Below are positions 1 through 8,300 of a DNA stretch of 64,000 nt, piece by piece. How positions within the stretch are numbered: position 1 is the stretch's first letter; the number at the start of each line of letters is the position of its first letter. The position numbers and the translations under genes are program-made. The notes under the pieces were generated by a model that was given only the letters and a program-made list of their open reading frames with translations, did no database searches and was not told where the DNA came from. This DNA is from a virus (lineage: Duplodnaviria > Caudoviricetes): the IMG/VR virus record IMGVR_UViG_3300009873_000004, positions 1 to 64,000 of that record. The stretch is one strand, 5' to 3'.

Positions 1-27
1 ATCCGTACCACCTGGACCTGATCCGCT

Positions 28-336
28 TTGACATTAGCCACGGCGATCCGATCGTCGTCGAACACGAAGGCGGATGCACGGTTCAGCCTACCCGGAGGCC
101 GCCGCATGGCTGACTACACCCCCCAGATCAACCGCATTTACTGGAGCGGCGAAGCGATCCGCAGCGAGTCGGTTGCCCTGAAGGGCATGCTCTACCTGGA
201 ACTGGTCACGCCCGCAGGCAGCCTGATGGTCAATCTGAGCGAACAAGGCGAGGTGTTTATTGCCAGCAAGGATGGCCCCGGCCTGGCCGTCTATCCCTGG
301 GTCGCCAACAAGATCCAGGTCAAAATCGAGCCGTAG
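28..336 (+). CDS. hypothetical protein
   Basis: 102-aa ORF upstream of and co-oriented with the recombinase; true start may be the internal ATG (MADYTPQ) after GGAGG. Confidence 0.6.
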   Translation: MTLATAIRSSSNTKADARFSLPGGRRMADYTPQINRIYWSGEAIRSESVALKGMLYLELVTPAGSLMVNLSEQGEVFIASKDGPGLAVYPWVANKIQVKIEP

Positions 337-387
337 GATTACTAGCGATAAGTTGTAACTGAGCTAGTAATCCTGTAGAATGGAGTT

Positions 388-1296
388 ATGAACATCCAAG
401 ACGCCTTTACCCAGTTCGTGCGCAGCCTGCAAGCGACCCACCCCATTCAGACGGTGCGCAGCTATAAAACGGGTGCCAGGATCTTCGTCGAGCAACTTCA
501 AGCGCAGAAGATCCTGGACACCCAGGCCCTCAACCGGCAGGCAATCGTCGGCTACCACACCTGGCTGGCCGAGCAGGGCTACAGCAAGAGCACGCTGACC
601 AACCGCCTGGCGGGGTTAAATCGCTTCCTGAACTGGCTGTCCATCCAGGATTTATTTGACCTAGGGATGGCCGACAGCCAGAAGATCGAGGCCTCGGCTC
701 GTAACCTGGTGCGGCGCAGACAGAAAGCGCTGCCCAAGATTCCCGAGCGTGGCGACGACGAGAAGGTTCGAGCGGCGTCTCGCGCTCTGCCCCAACTACG
801 CGACCGCGCCCTGATCGAGTTTTTGTTTTCGTCCGGCTGTCGGCGAGCAGAGGCATCCGGATTGCGGGTTGGCGATCTAGATCTGGACCTGCGCTCGGCC
901 AAAGTTACCGGCAAGGGGGCCAAGCAGCGCACCGTCTTTTTCAGCAGCCTGGCCCAGGAACTACTGAAGGCCTATTTCCAGGAGCGCGGCGGTGCCCATC
1001 GAGACGAGCCGGTCTTCTGCCGGATTCGCAAGGGATGCAGGCACACCAAAGACGCAATTACAGGCGAGACGATCCACCATATTGTTTCTCAGGCAGCCGA
1101 CCTGGCCGGAATCGAGCGCCACCTGTTTACCCCGCATGCTTTCCGGCACGCCTTTGCGATCCGAGTCCTGCACGAAACGCACGATCTGGCGATGGTCCAG
1201 GACCTGCTCGGCCACAGCCAGCCAGAAGCCACGCGAGTTTACGCCACCATCTACCCGGAAGATCTCCGGGATGCCCACCGAAAGGTATTCAAGTAA
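388..1296 (+). CDS. tyrosine recombinase/integrase (XerC/XerD-like)
   Basis: Catalytic R-K-H-R-H-Y motifs: RDRALIEFLFSSGCRRAE, GKGAKQR, HAFRHAFA, LLGHSQPEATRVY; N-terminal SAM-like core-binding domain; RBS GGAG. Confidence 0.95.
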   Translation: MNIQDAFTQFVRSLQATHPIQTVRSYKTGARIFVEQLQAQKILDTQALNRQAIVGYHTWLAEQGYSKSTLTNRLAGLNRFLNWLSIQDLFDLGMADSQKIEASARNLVRRRQKALPKIPERGDDEKVRAASRALPQLRDRALIEFLFSSGCRRAEASGLRVGDLDLDLRSAKVTGKGAKQRTVFFSSLAQELLKAYFQERGGAHRDEPVFCRIRKGCRHTKDAITGETIHHIVSQAADLAGIERHLFTPHAFRHAFAIRVLHETHDLAMVQDLLGHSQPEATRVYATIYPEDLRDAHRKVFK

Positions 1297-1667
1297 TGAA
1301 ACTCATTCAACTGGGACTCGAGTCCCACTGGCATGCGATCCAATCGACCTACTCACAGGAGACAGCCTGCCGCCTGAACTATGGTCGTATCTACAGTACG
1401 TTTGTCTTTGGTGATGGCTGGCCGACCTGTCCGGACTGCATCCGGGCGCTTCCGCCGCGTGAGCCGCCCAATTACGTTCACCGCCTGGCGAGCCTGGAGC
1501 GGATCGTTGACGAATTGGTGGACCAGTACAGAGAGCAGAGATGTCTCCTGCAAAGGGCACAGGAAGATTTCGAGCAACTGTCAGCGCTGGTGAACCTGCT
1601 TCAAAATGCCCCCGCCAGCGCAACAGGCGGGCCAGGGAGCGATTTTGAGAACGAGCCTGGCAATTGA
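1296..1667 (+). CDS. hypothetical protein (CxxC motif plus coiled coil)
   Basis: TAATG overlap with the recombinase stop; MKLIQLG...CPDC...coiled-coil heptads. Confidence 0.7.
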   Translation: MKLIQLGLESHWHAIQSTYSQETACRLNYGRIYSTFVFGDGWPTCPDCIRALPPREPPNYVHRLASLERIVDELVDQYREQRCLLQRAQEDFEQLSALVNLLQNAPASATGGPGSDFENEPGN

Positions 1668-1784
1668 TACGTCTGGCCTCTCCCAGGGCTTCCTGTTGCG
1701 TTTTTGTGTTTTTATGTCCAGTTGACAGGGGGCTTACAATAGAGGCCAGCGGAGCTTCGGTAGGAGTCTCCTTTGGGTGAGCAC

Positions 1785-1816
1785 GCAGGTCCGGTCTTTG
1801 CCATGCCCGGACCTGC
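1785..1816. terminator. 10-bp stem hairpin between convergent operons
   Basis: GCAGGTCCGG (1785-1794) / CCGGACCTGC (1807-1816); no strong U tract. Confidence 0.5.
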
Positions 1817-1827
1817 GGCCATTTAAC

Positions 1828-1841
1828 TTCCAGATTTGGAA
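1828..1841. promoter_or_regulatory. 14-bp palindromic site, copy 1 (TTCCAGATTTGGAA)
   Basis: Directly after the endolysin stop codon; one of 7 copies. Confidence 0.65.
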
Positions 1842-3827
1842 CTAGGCAGGCTGAACGTCCTGGGCGCGGACGAACCAGTCGGAGACGTCCCCGGCCTGGT
1901 CGAAGATGTTGAGCAGGTTGGCCCGGCGCTCGACCACCTGCATGGTCCAGTTGACCACGCGAGTCAGCGGCTGGGGGTTGAAGGGCTGGCCGTCGCGCTT
2001 ATAGAAGGTCATCACTTTGTTGGGGATCTTCAAAGGCCGGGGCGGATTGATTATCCCTTCGGGCCACAGTTCCCACCACTGCGGCGGCTCGGGGATAGAG
2101 TTGACCGGCACAGAAATGCGCACTTCGAAGATGTTGGTTGCACCCAATTTTTCCTGGAGCACGCCCAGGGAAATTGAGTCGTCAACCGTCAGGATGTACT
2201 GGATCATGTCAGCGTCCTCCACATGCAGGGGGTAGCCCCGAAACTCGGTTGGGTTGGGGCTCTCCCGAATCGAAGCCACGTACTGGCGAAATTCATCCAA
2301 CAGGTAGACCGGGGTGTAGTCCTGGTTGGCCCAGGCTTCGTCCGGGTCGGCGGTAAAGGGGGCGAAGCCGACCAGGAACGGGTCCTGGCGGACGTGGTGG
2401 TCATACACCTGCCAGCGCAGGAGCGCGTCCTGCGGGTGATCGTATCCACCCCCGGCATAGAACTCGGTCACGAAGAGCCTGGGTAAGGGCAGGCCGCCCC
2501 GAAAGAGATGGTCGTACAGATAGCGATAGCGCCAGGGCTCCGAACCCGCGCCCAGCGGCAGGTAGGGCGCACCGGGAATGGGCCGGGTGTCAAAGGCCAA
2601 GGGCAAGGGCGACCAGGGGTTGAGGCCTTCATGCACCACCAGGGCGTGCCCGCCTGCGTCGATCGCTTCCACCACTTTGCTCGACAGCCAGCCGAGCAAT
2701 TCCAGGTACTCGGGCGTTCCGGCATTGAAGGCAGGCAGGGCCACCCGCAGGCCTGCCGCCTGGGCCTGCTCGCAGATCTGGCGGCACAGGTTGCCATAGA
2801 TGGCCCAGCCGATCACGCCTTCCGGATCCGCCTCGTTCAGCAGGACAACGTAGTCGATCGCCGCCCGCTCCTGCGGGCTGAGCCCGTTCCAGCGCGAGGC
2901 GGCATAGTCCACGATCGTCGTGGCCCGCTCGGCCACCTGGCTGAAGGACCACAGGTGGATGTCCTGGCAGGCATCCCACTCGGGAGTGAAGAGCCGCCAC
3001 AACGTGGGGAGAAGTGGGTCCAGCGCCCTGGCTTCCAGTAGCAGGCCCGCGTTCTCCACCGAAAGCACGAAAGCGAGCCGATCCCCCTGCTCCAGGATCT
3101 GCCTGGCCTGGTTGGGGCGGATGACGTGCAGGCCGATCTTGGTGCCAGCATTCATGGGCAGGGCCTCCACCACATTCGGGATCCGCACCTGGTAAAGCGC
3201 CAGGCCTTCGCGCAGATAGGAGTGATCGGCCGGGCCGACCCCCGCCCAGGGGTGCCGGTCGCTGTCCTGGTGCAGCGTCCAGGTCGACCAGCCACGCGGG
3301 ACGCGCAGGTTGGGATAGGCCGCAAACCAGCCGGGCCGGTGCGCCAGCAGCTTCTGGCGATCGAGCGACAGGTTGGGATCCAGGAACCACGCCCCTGAGT
3401 AGATCCCGGTCGTGCAGCCGTAAAGCGTATCCAGCCTTCCCAGAAAGGCCTGGATCTTTTGAAAGAGCGCCAGTTCGCCCAAGGCCCCGTCATCTTCCAG
3501 GTCGCACCACACCCCCAGCGGCGGCAGTTCGGGCAGCCATTCCCAGCACAGGTCGGCCTGGCGGATGGGGTCGAGGCCAGGCCGGAAGAAGTAGTAGACG
3601 CCCCACCATTTGAAATGCTTCTTGACCTCGACCAGGCAGCGCTGGAAGACCGGGTCCTGGTTGTAGCCATCGGCAATGCGCAGGATGACGCCATCGGCTT
3701 CCTGCGCCAGGGCATCCCAGTCGATGACGCTCGGGTCCCAAAAGAGCGGATCCCAGGCCCAGGGCGGCACGTTAGCCGGACCCAGGAAGCGGGTCTGGTA
3801 TTTTGAAGAATCGAGTATGTGGATCAT
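1842..3827 (-). CDS. multidomain endolysin: GH25 muramidase, second hydrolase-like domain, C-terminal SH3-like domain
   Basis: GH25 motifs D-x-S-K-Y-Q, IDW, GVYYFFRP, CDLED, YSG..F, W..W.LHQ; second domain begins TKIGLHVI and contains LNEAD and VTEF. Confidence 0.85.
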   Translation of the reverse strand: MIHILDSSKYQTRFLGPANVPPWAWDPLFWDPSVIDWDALAQEADGVILRIADGYNQDPVFQRCLVEVKKHFKWWGVYYFFRPGLDPIRQADLCWEWLPELPPLGVWCDLEDDGALGELALFQKIQAFLGRLDTLYGCTTGIYSGAWFLDPNLSLDRQKLLAHRPGWFAAYPNLRVPRGWSTWTLHQDSDRHPWAGVGPADHSYLREGLALYQVRIPNVVEALPMNAGTKIGLHVIRPNQARQILEQGDRLAFVLSVENAGLLLEARALDPLLPTLWRLFTPEWDACQDIHLWSFSQVAERATTIVDYAASRWNGLSPQERAAIDYVVLLNEADPEGVIGWAIYGNLCRQICEQAQAAGLRVALPAFNAGTPEYLELLGWLSSKVVEAIDAGGHALVVHEGLNPWSPLPLAFDTRPIPGAPYLPLGAGSEPWRYRYLYDHLFRGGLPLPRLFVTEFYAGGGYDHPQDALLRWQVYDHHVRQDPFLVGFAPFTADPDEAWANQDYTPVYLLDEFRQYVASIRESPNPTEFRGYPLHVEDADMIQYILTVDDSISLGVLQEKLGATNIFEVRISVPVNSIPEPPQWWELWPEGIINPPRPLKIPNKVMTFYKRDGQPFNPQPLTRVVNWTMQVVERRANLLNIFDQAGDVSDWFVRAQDVQPA

Positions 3828-3853
3828 GCTATGCTGGCCTCACCACATAAATT

Positions 3854-3882
3854 GCCCCAGCGCTGCGACAACAGCCTGGGGC
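3854..3882. promoter_or_regulatory. hairpin between divergent endolysin and HNH starts
   Basis: GCCCCAG-C-GCTG-CGACAA-CAGC-CTGGGGC. Confidence 0.5.
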
Positions 3883-3907
3883 TTGGCACAGGAACTGGAG
3901 GTTCCAA

Positions 3908-4387
3908 ATGCTTCCCCAGTCTAACATCAATTCGGTTTCCACTCGCTTTTGGTCTAGAGTTGATAGGCTTGGGCCAGACGAATGTTGGCCCAATCATTGG
4001 GCTCCAGGATCGAAAAATCGAGGTGTCTTTCACTTGAATGGTGTTGACACATTCGCTTCCAGAGCAGCCTGGATTTTGACCAACGGGCCAGTTCCAGATG
4101 GTCTTTGCGTATTGCATTCTTGCGATAATGGATGGTGTTGAAATCCAGGCCACCTCTACCTGGGAACCAAGGGGCGCAACAATACCGATCGTAAAGAGCG
4201 CGGCAGAAATGGAAACCTCAAGGGCGAGAGGGCTTATAACGCAATTCTGACAGCAGAAAAGGTCGTCGAGATCAGGCGTTTGTGGAAAGAGGGAAGTCTG
4301 TCTCAATTCAAAATTGCCGATCTCTTTGGCGTATCCAGATCTGCGATCCAGGGAATTGTTGAGCGCAGAACCTGGAAGCATATCTGA
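3908..4387 (+). pseudogene. HNH_3-type homing endonuclease with C-terminal HTH, in-frame TGA at 4139-4141
   Basis: RFWSRVDRLGPDECW...HSCDNGWC*NPGHLYLGT...N..D...RGR...ILTAEKVVEIRRLW...SQFKIADLFGVSRSAI; frame continues past the TGA to a stop at 4385-4387; RBS GGAGG. Confidence 0.85.
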
Positions 4388-4420
4388 CTTGGACAGGTCG
4401 ATGATCCGGATCTTCTTCAT
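4388..4420 (-). pseudogene. orphaned original 5' end of the endolysin (MKKIRIIDLSK)
   Basis: ATGA overlap with the tail-fibre stop; GC-rich codons; matches the GH25 start motif; ends exactly at the HNH stop codon. Confidence 0.75.
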
Positions 4421-6219
4421 AGAAACGCCGAAACGGCCCGGATCCAGTGCGCCGGGAAGGGGCTGGTTGATCCAGTCAGGGTTACGCCAAAGTCGGCGGC
4501 CGAACCGACCTTGCGCACGATTGAGTAATAGCGGGTCTTGATCGTCACGTCGATCGCCCTGCGCTTGGTAAACAGATAGTCCCAGGAAGCATCGCTTTGC
4601 CGATGCAGCACATTGAAGAGCGTGTCGGTTGCTCCGGTGTCGGAAGTGGACAGGCTGGTGCAGGCCCCATCGAAGTCGGCTCCGGTGCGCTGGTAGGTGA
4701 AGGCGTATTCCAGCCACCAGGAGCCAATTGGCAGGTCCAGGAAGTGTGAGCGGATGTTGTACCAGACGCCGTTGGACAGCGACGAGTAAGTGGAGCCGGA
4801 GGTCGTGACCAATTCGACCTTCCACTTTTCGGGCGAGAGCGGCATGCCGTAAGGCGCTTTGACCACGGAATAATACGGGCTATTGATGGCCTCGTTCGCC
4901 AGGTCGTAGTCGGTGCCGCCGAACAGATACAGCAGGGTGTTGGGATCAGAGTATTCGACCCTGGTGATGATGAAATACTTGGTCCCGCCCGTCGTCTGGT
5001 TGACTCGCAGGCGCATCCCGGCGCTGAAATGGTTGGTGAAAAATCCCGTCATCCGGGCCACGTAGGTCGGATCGTCGGCCGAGTCGTAGGTCAGGGTCTG
5101 GCCCCAGGGAGTCCAGCCTGCCAGGGGGATGGCGTCCGAGCCAGAGGTGGAGGCGGCCGAGCCGGAGGTGGCGATGGTGACGTCCACCCGCTGCTGGGCC
5201 TGGTTGTCGCTGACCGCAATCGAGATGCCCGAGCCTTCGATCAGGTTGAGCTTGGGCTTGAAGCCGGTCAGCGTGCCGCCGTTCTCCTGGATCTGCATGC
5301 CCGAGCCGGAGGTGGCAAGCGAGGTTTCAAAGGTCAGGTTGACCCGGTTGTTTATTTCACTGTCCGTGGCCGTGATCGAGATGCCGTTCCCCTCGATGAA
5401 GTTCAGGGTGCGCCGGTTGCCGACAAACGACCCGTTCTCGCGGATCTCGATGGCCGAGCCGGAGGTCATGGCGGCCTGGTCACGCAGCAAGTGGAAGGAC
5501 AGATAAGGCGAATACTCGCCGCTGGCCGAGCCCGACGTTGACAGGACCGTCATGGTCGCCGGGCCGGGGTTGGTCATATTCAGAGTCAGATAATCGCCCA
5601 CATCCAGGTCGACCAGCGCGGCCAGGCTGCCGCTTTGCATGTTCGCCATGTCCTGGTAGACCAGCGTTCCGCGTGTGGAGTGGACGAGCTTGAGGACGTT
5701 GCCGCCTGTGCTCTCGTTGCCGCTGTAGAAGACCTGGGCCGTGACCAGATAGATCCCGGCCACCACGCAGTACAGGCGGTCGTTATCGGTGACGGTGCTG
5801 TGCTGGTTGTCGGTGTCATACGTCTCGGCGTTGAAGCCGATGTTCGCATTGTCGCTGGCCGAGATCGACTGGGAGGTGGTGCGGTAAATGCGAGCGCCCA
5901 CCACCGCCGCTTCCGAGAAAGCGCCCGACGAGCCGGAAGTGTCGACCACCGACTCCAGTTCGCCCAGCCGGTAGCGGATGTGGTTGAGGTTATCCAGCAG
6001 GGAAGTATTGCCCGCCAGGGTCTCGGCCTCGCTCGTGTCGTAGGCCACCAGGGTCTGCGGCAGGCGGCCGATGAAGCCGCCAGGCGGTCCCCCCACCCCG
6101 CCGCCCGAGCCGGAGGTGCCGCCCAGCCAGATCGGAGCCAGCTTGGAGCGGCGAATGGCGGCCTGGAGATACTCCAGGTACATCTGCGGGAACTGGGGAT
6201 TGCGATTGAGAGTGCTCAT
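4417..6219 (-). CDS. tail fibre / receptor-binding protein
   Basis: Last tail gene before lysis; C1q/BclA-like jelly-roll segment (GARIYRTTSQSI...GIYLVTAQV); two about 50-aa repeats (ENG...LN.IEG.GISI); 8 TSGS. Confidence 0.75.
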   Translation of the reverse strand: MSTLNRNPQFPQMYLEYLQAAIRRSKLAPIWLGGTSGSGGGVGGPPGGFIGRLPQTLVAYDTSEAETLAGNTSLLDNLNHIRYRLGELESVVDTSGSSGAFSEAAVVGARIYRTTSQSISASDNANIGFNAETYDTDNQHSTVTDNDRLYCVVAGIYLVTAQVFYSGNESTGGNVLKLVHSTRGTLVYQDMANMQSGSLAALVDLDVGDYLTLNMTNPGPATMTVLSTSGSASGEYSPYLSFHLLRDQAAMTSGSAIEIRENGSFVGNRRTLNFIEGNGISITATDSEINNRVNLTFETSLATSGSGMQIQENGGTLTGFKPKLNLIEGSGISIAVSDNQAQQRVDVTIATSGSAASTSGSDAIPLAGWTPWGQTLTYDSADDPTYVARMTGFFTNHFSAGMRLRVNQTTGGTKYFIITRVEYSDPNTLLYLFGGTDYDLANEAINSPYYSVVKAPYGMPLSPEKWKVELVTTSGSTYSSLSNGVWYNIRSHFLDLPIGSWWLEYAFTYQRTGADFDGACTSLSTSDTGATDTLFNVLHRQSDASWDYLFTKRRAIDVTIKTRYYSIVRKVGSAADFGVTLTGSTSPFPAHWIRAVSAFL

Positions 6220-8300
6220 GCTTGCGCCGCCCGGCGATTGACGTAGAAGTAGTTGCCGTAGGTCCCGCAGACATAGATATAGCCGCCCGCGTGGTACAGG
6301 CCGTGCAGGATAGCCGGGGCGATGGAGACGAAGTCGATGGACGCGCCATCGCTTTTGCGGTTGACCCGGTAAGCCTGGTTGATGGGCTCGACCATGTAGA
6401 TATAGGCGTCGTCCTGGGTCATGCCGACCTCGAACATCTGCGTCTGGGTGGTCAGGATGAACCCGGCGTCATCCCAGAACCAGAGCACGTCCCCGCCGTC
6501 GTGCTGGGCCAAGCCTGACTCGGCCGCCGGGTTGCTGGAGGTGTTGCCCAGCCGATAGTAGTGGCCGTTGGCTTCATCGGCCAGCACCTTGCGCACGATC
6601 GGGCCAGGACTGGAGTCGGCCTCCTCCAGGCGCTGCTCCCAGATCTGGGTGCCTGACAGGTCGAAGGCCGACAGCCACCAGCGGCCCGAGCCGGAAATGT
6701 TCTGCGGGTTCCAGCGGCTGCCCAGGATGATATGGTCGGACAGCCCGTCGATCGACGCCAGCGGGTCGACCGTGCCATTGTCGGCCGTGACTTCGCCTTC
6801 GGCTGACAGGTCTACCGCCGCGAGAATGGCTCCATCGGCCGCGCCCAGCAGCACCAGGCCTGCGGCCGTGATCCCGTCCGACGATCGGCCGGTGCAGTAG
6901 ACGGTCGAGCCAACCACGGTGATGTCGGTCGCCTGGCCGGGCGTAAAGCTCCTGGCCCAGACGAAGGCCCCATTCAAGTCGCGCCGCTCCACCCGCCAGG
7001 TGAGCGCTCCAAAAAAGGTTTCCTGGTGGACGCCCGCCAGGTAGATCGCGTCTTCGGTGACGTACAGGGCGCGAACGGAAGTCTGGGTCTCGGTCGAGGG
7101 CGCGGCCGGGGTGACGTCGATCTCGATCCCCCAATCGAGTGCGCCGTCCACGGTCGAGCGCCGCTCCACGCGCCAGACTCGCCTCGTGCCAAAGGTGTTC
7201 TGATAGAACCCATAGCCTGCGGCATAGATAAAGCTGCCGACGACCATGATGTCGTAAGCCCGGCCCAGGAAGCCCGATGTCGGCCAGGTGATGGGCGGCT
7301 CGGGCGTGGGCGTGATCGGGAAGTGCGGGTAGTGGACGCTCCGGCGTCCCAGGGTCAGGTTCTGCTCATAGCCCTGCTCGCTCATCACCGAGCGCATGTC
7401 GGTCAGGTAGTCCAGGGCCGAGCCGGACGTCAGGACCGAGTGGTTGATCAGCAACTTGTCGGCGATCTGGATACCCGGATCCCCGATGACGACGGCCTCG
7501 ATCACGCGCTCGATCGTTGCCCAGCGGTCCAGGGCCACGTCCGCCAGGGCCTGCGCCCGCTCGGTTGTGTTGAGCACCGGGCTGGCGAAGACCATGGTGC
7601 GGGTGTCAGGCACGTCGTCGACCACCCGGCTCTCCTGGTAAAGCAGCGGCTCGCCGGTCGCGGCATCCGTGCCCCAGACCACCACCCGGTTGCGGGTGTC
7701 ATAGTCGTTGCGACTGTCTTCCAGTTCCAGGATCTCGTCCAGGGTGTGGTCGGCCGGAAAGACAGCCGGGTCCAGATGAAAGATCTCCAGCACCCCGGAC
7801 GGGTTGACGCGCATGTCGAACTGGGCGATCGAGCAGATCTGCTGGAGCGCCTCGGCCACGCTTCTGAGCCCCAGGTCGATTCCCTCGTCCAGGATCAAGG
7901 CTTCATTGGCCGAGCCGGAGGTGAAGGCATAGGACAGCCCGCACAACCCGCACAGGTAGCCGACCCAGTAGCCGACCGTCTCGTTGTTTTCGCCGGTCTC
8001 CAACTGCTCGCCGATGAACCAGTCCTGGGCCAGCTTGAAGGTGTCGCGCCCCTTGACCTCGATCTCCTTGGGCGGGCGGCGGACGATGATGTTCTCGACA
8101 AAGCCGGTGAAGACGAGCGTGCCCTGCTCGTAGATCTCCAGCGAGTCCCAGGGGGCGATCGCTTCCCAGCCGAAGTCTTCCCGGAACAGGACCGAGGCCT
8201 TCTGCCCCGGCACGGCCAGTTGCGACTCGCGCTCGATGCGCAGCACGCGGCTGGAGTTATCAAACCCGCCGACCGAGACGACCGCTGCCAGTTCTGCCAT
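6216..8300 (-). CDS. baseplate hub-like tail protein with C-terminal beta-propeller
   Basis: N-terminus resembles the adjacent hub protein (RNRVVVWG, A.ALAD..L); C-terminal W.VERR/WA repeats typical of propellers. Confidence 0.6.
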   Translation of the reverse strand: MAELAAVVSVGGFDNSSRVLRIERESQLAVPGQKASVLFREDFGWEAIAPWDSLEIYEQGTLVFTGFVENIIVRRPPKEIEVKGRDTFKLAQDWFIGEQLETGENNETVGYWVGYLCGLCGLSYAFTSGSANEALILDEGIDLGLRSVAEALQQICSIAQFDMRVNPSGVLEIFHLDPAVFPADHTLDEILELEDSRNDYDTRNRVVVWGTDAATGEPLLYQESRVVDDVPDTRTMVFASPVLNTTERAQALADVALDRWATIERVIEAVVIGDPGIQIADKLLINHSVLTSGSALDYLTDMRSVMSEQGYEQNLTLGRRSVHYPHFPITPTPEPPITWPTSGFLGRAYDIMVVGSFIYAAGYGFYQNTFGTRRVWRVERRSTVDGALDWGIEIDVTPAAPSTETQTSVRALYVTEDAIYLAGVHQETFFGALTWRVERRDLNGAFVWARSFTPGQATDITVVGSTVYCTGRSSDGITAAGLVLLGAADGAILAAVDLSAEGEVTADNGTVDPLASIDGLSDHIILGSRWNPQNISGSGRWWLSAFDLSGTQIWEQRLEEADSSPGPIVRKVLADEANGHYYRLGNTSSNPAAESGLAQHDGGDVLWFWDDAGFILTTQTQMFEVGMTQDDAYIYMVEPINQAYRVNRKSDGASIDFVSIAPAILHGLYHAGGYIYVCGTYGNYFYVNRRAAQA

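Larger units (their letters stand above)
3801..4387 (+). mobile_element. free-standing HNH element 1 inserted in the endolysin 5' end, carrying a replacement start
   Basis: Lower-GC 587-bp segment between orphan MKKIRIIDLSK (4388-4420) and ...YQTRF; its left end encodes MIHILDSSK on the minus strand. Confidence 0.8.

Noticed and set aside
4139-4141. Genome-wide TGA reassignment
   Set aside because: TGA is the normal stop of many genes here, often in ATGA overlaps; only one degenerate mobile gene has it in frame
3824-4825. 333-aa minus-strand ORF
   Set aside because: A chimera of an off-frame tail-fibre end, the orphan endolysin start and antisense HNH; only the MKKIRIIDLSK part is meaningful
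4417-8300. Diversity-generating retroelement targeting the tail fibre
   Set aside because: No reverse transcriptase and no TR/VR pair differing at adenines was seen in the window
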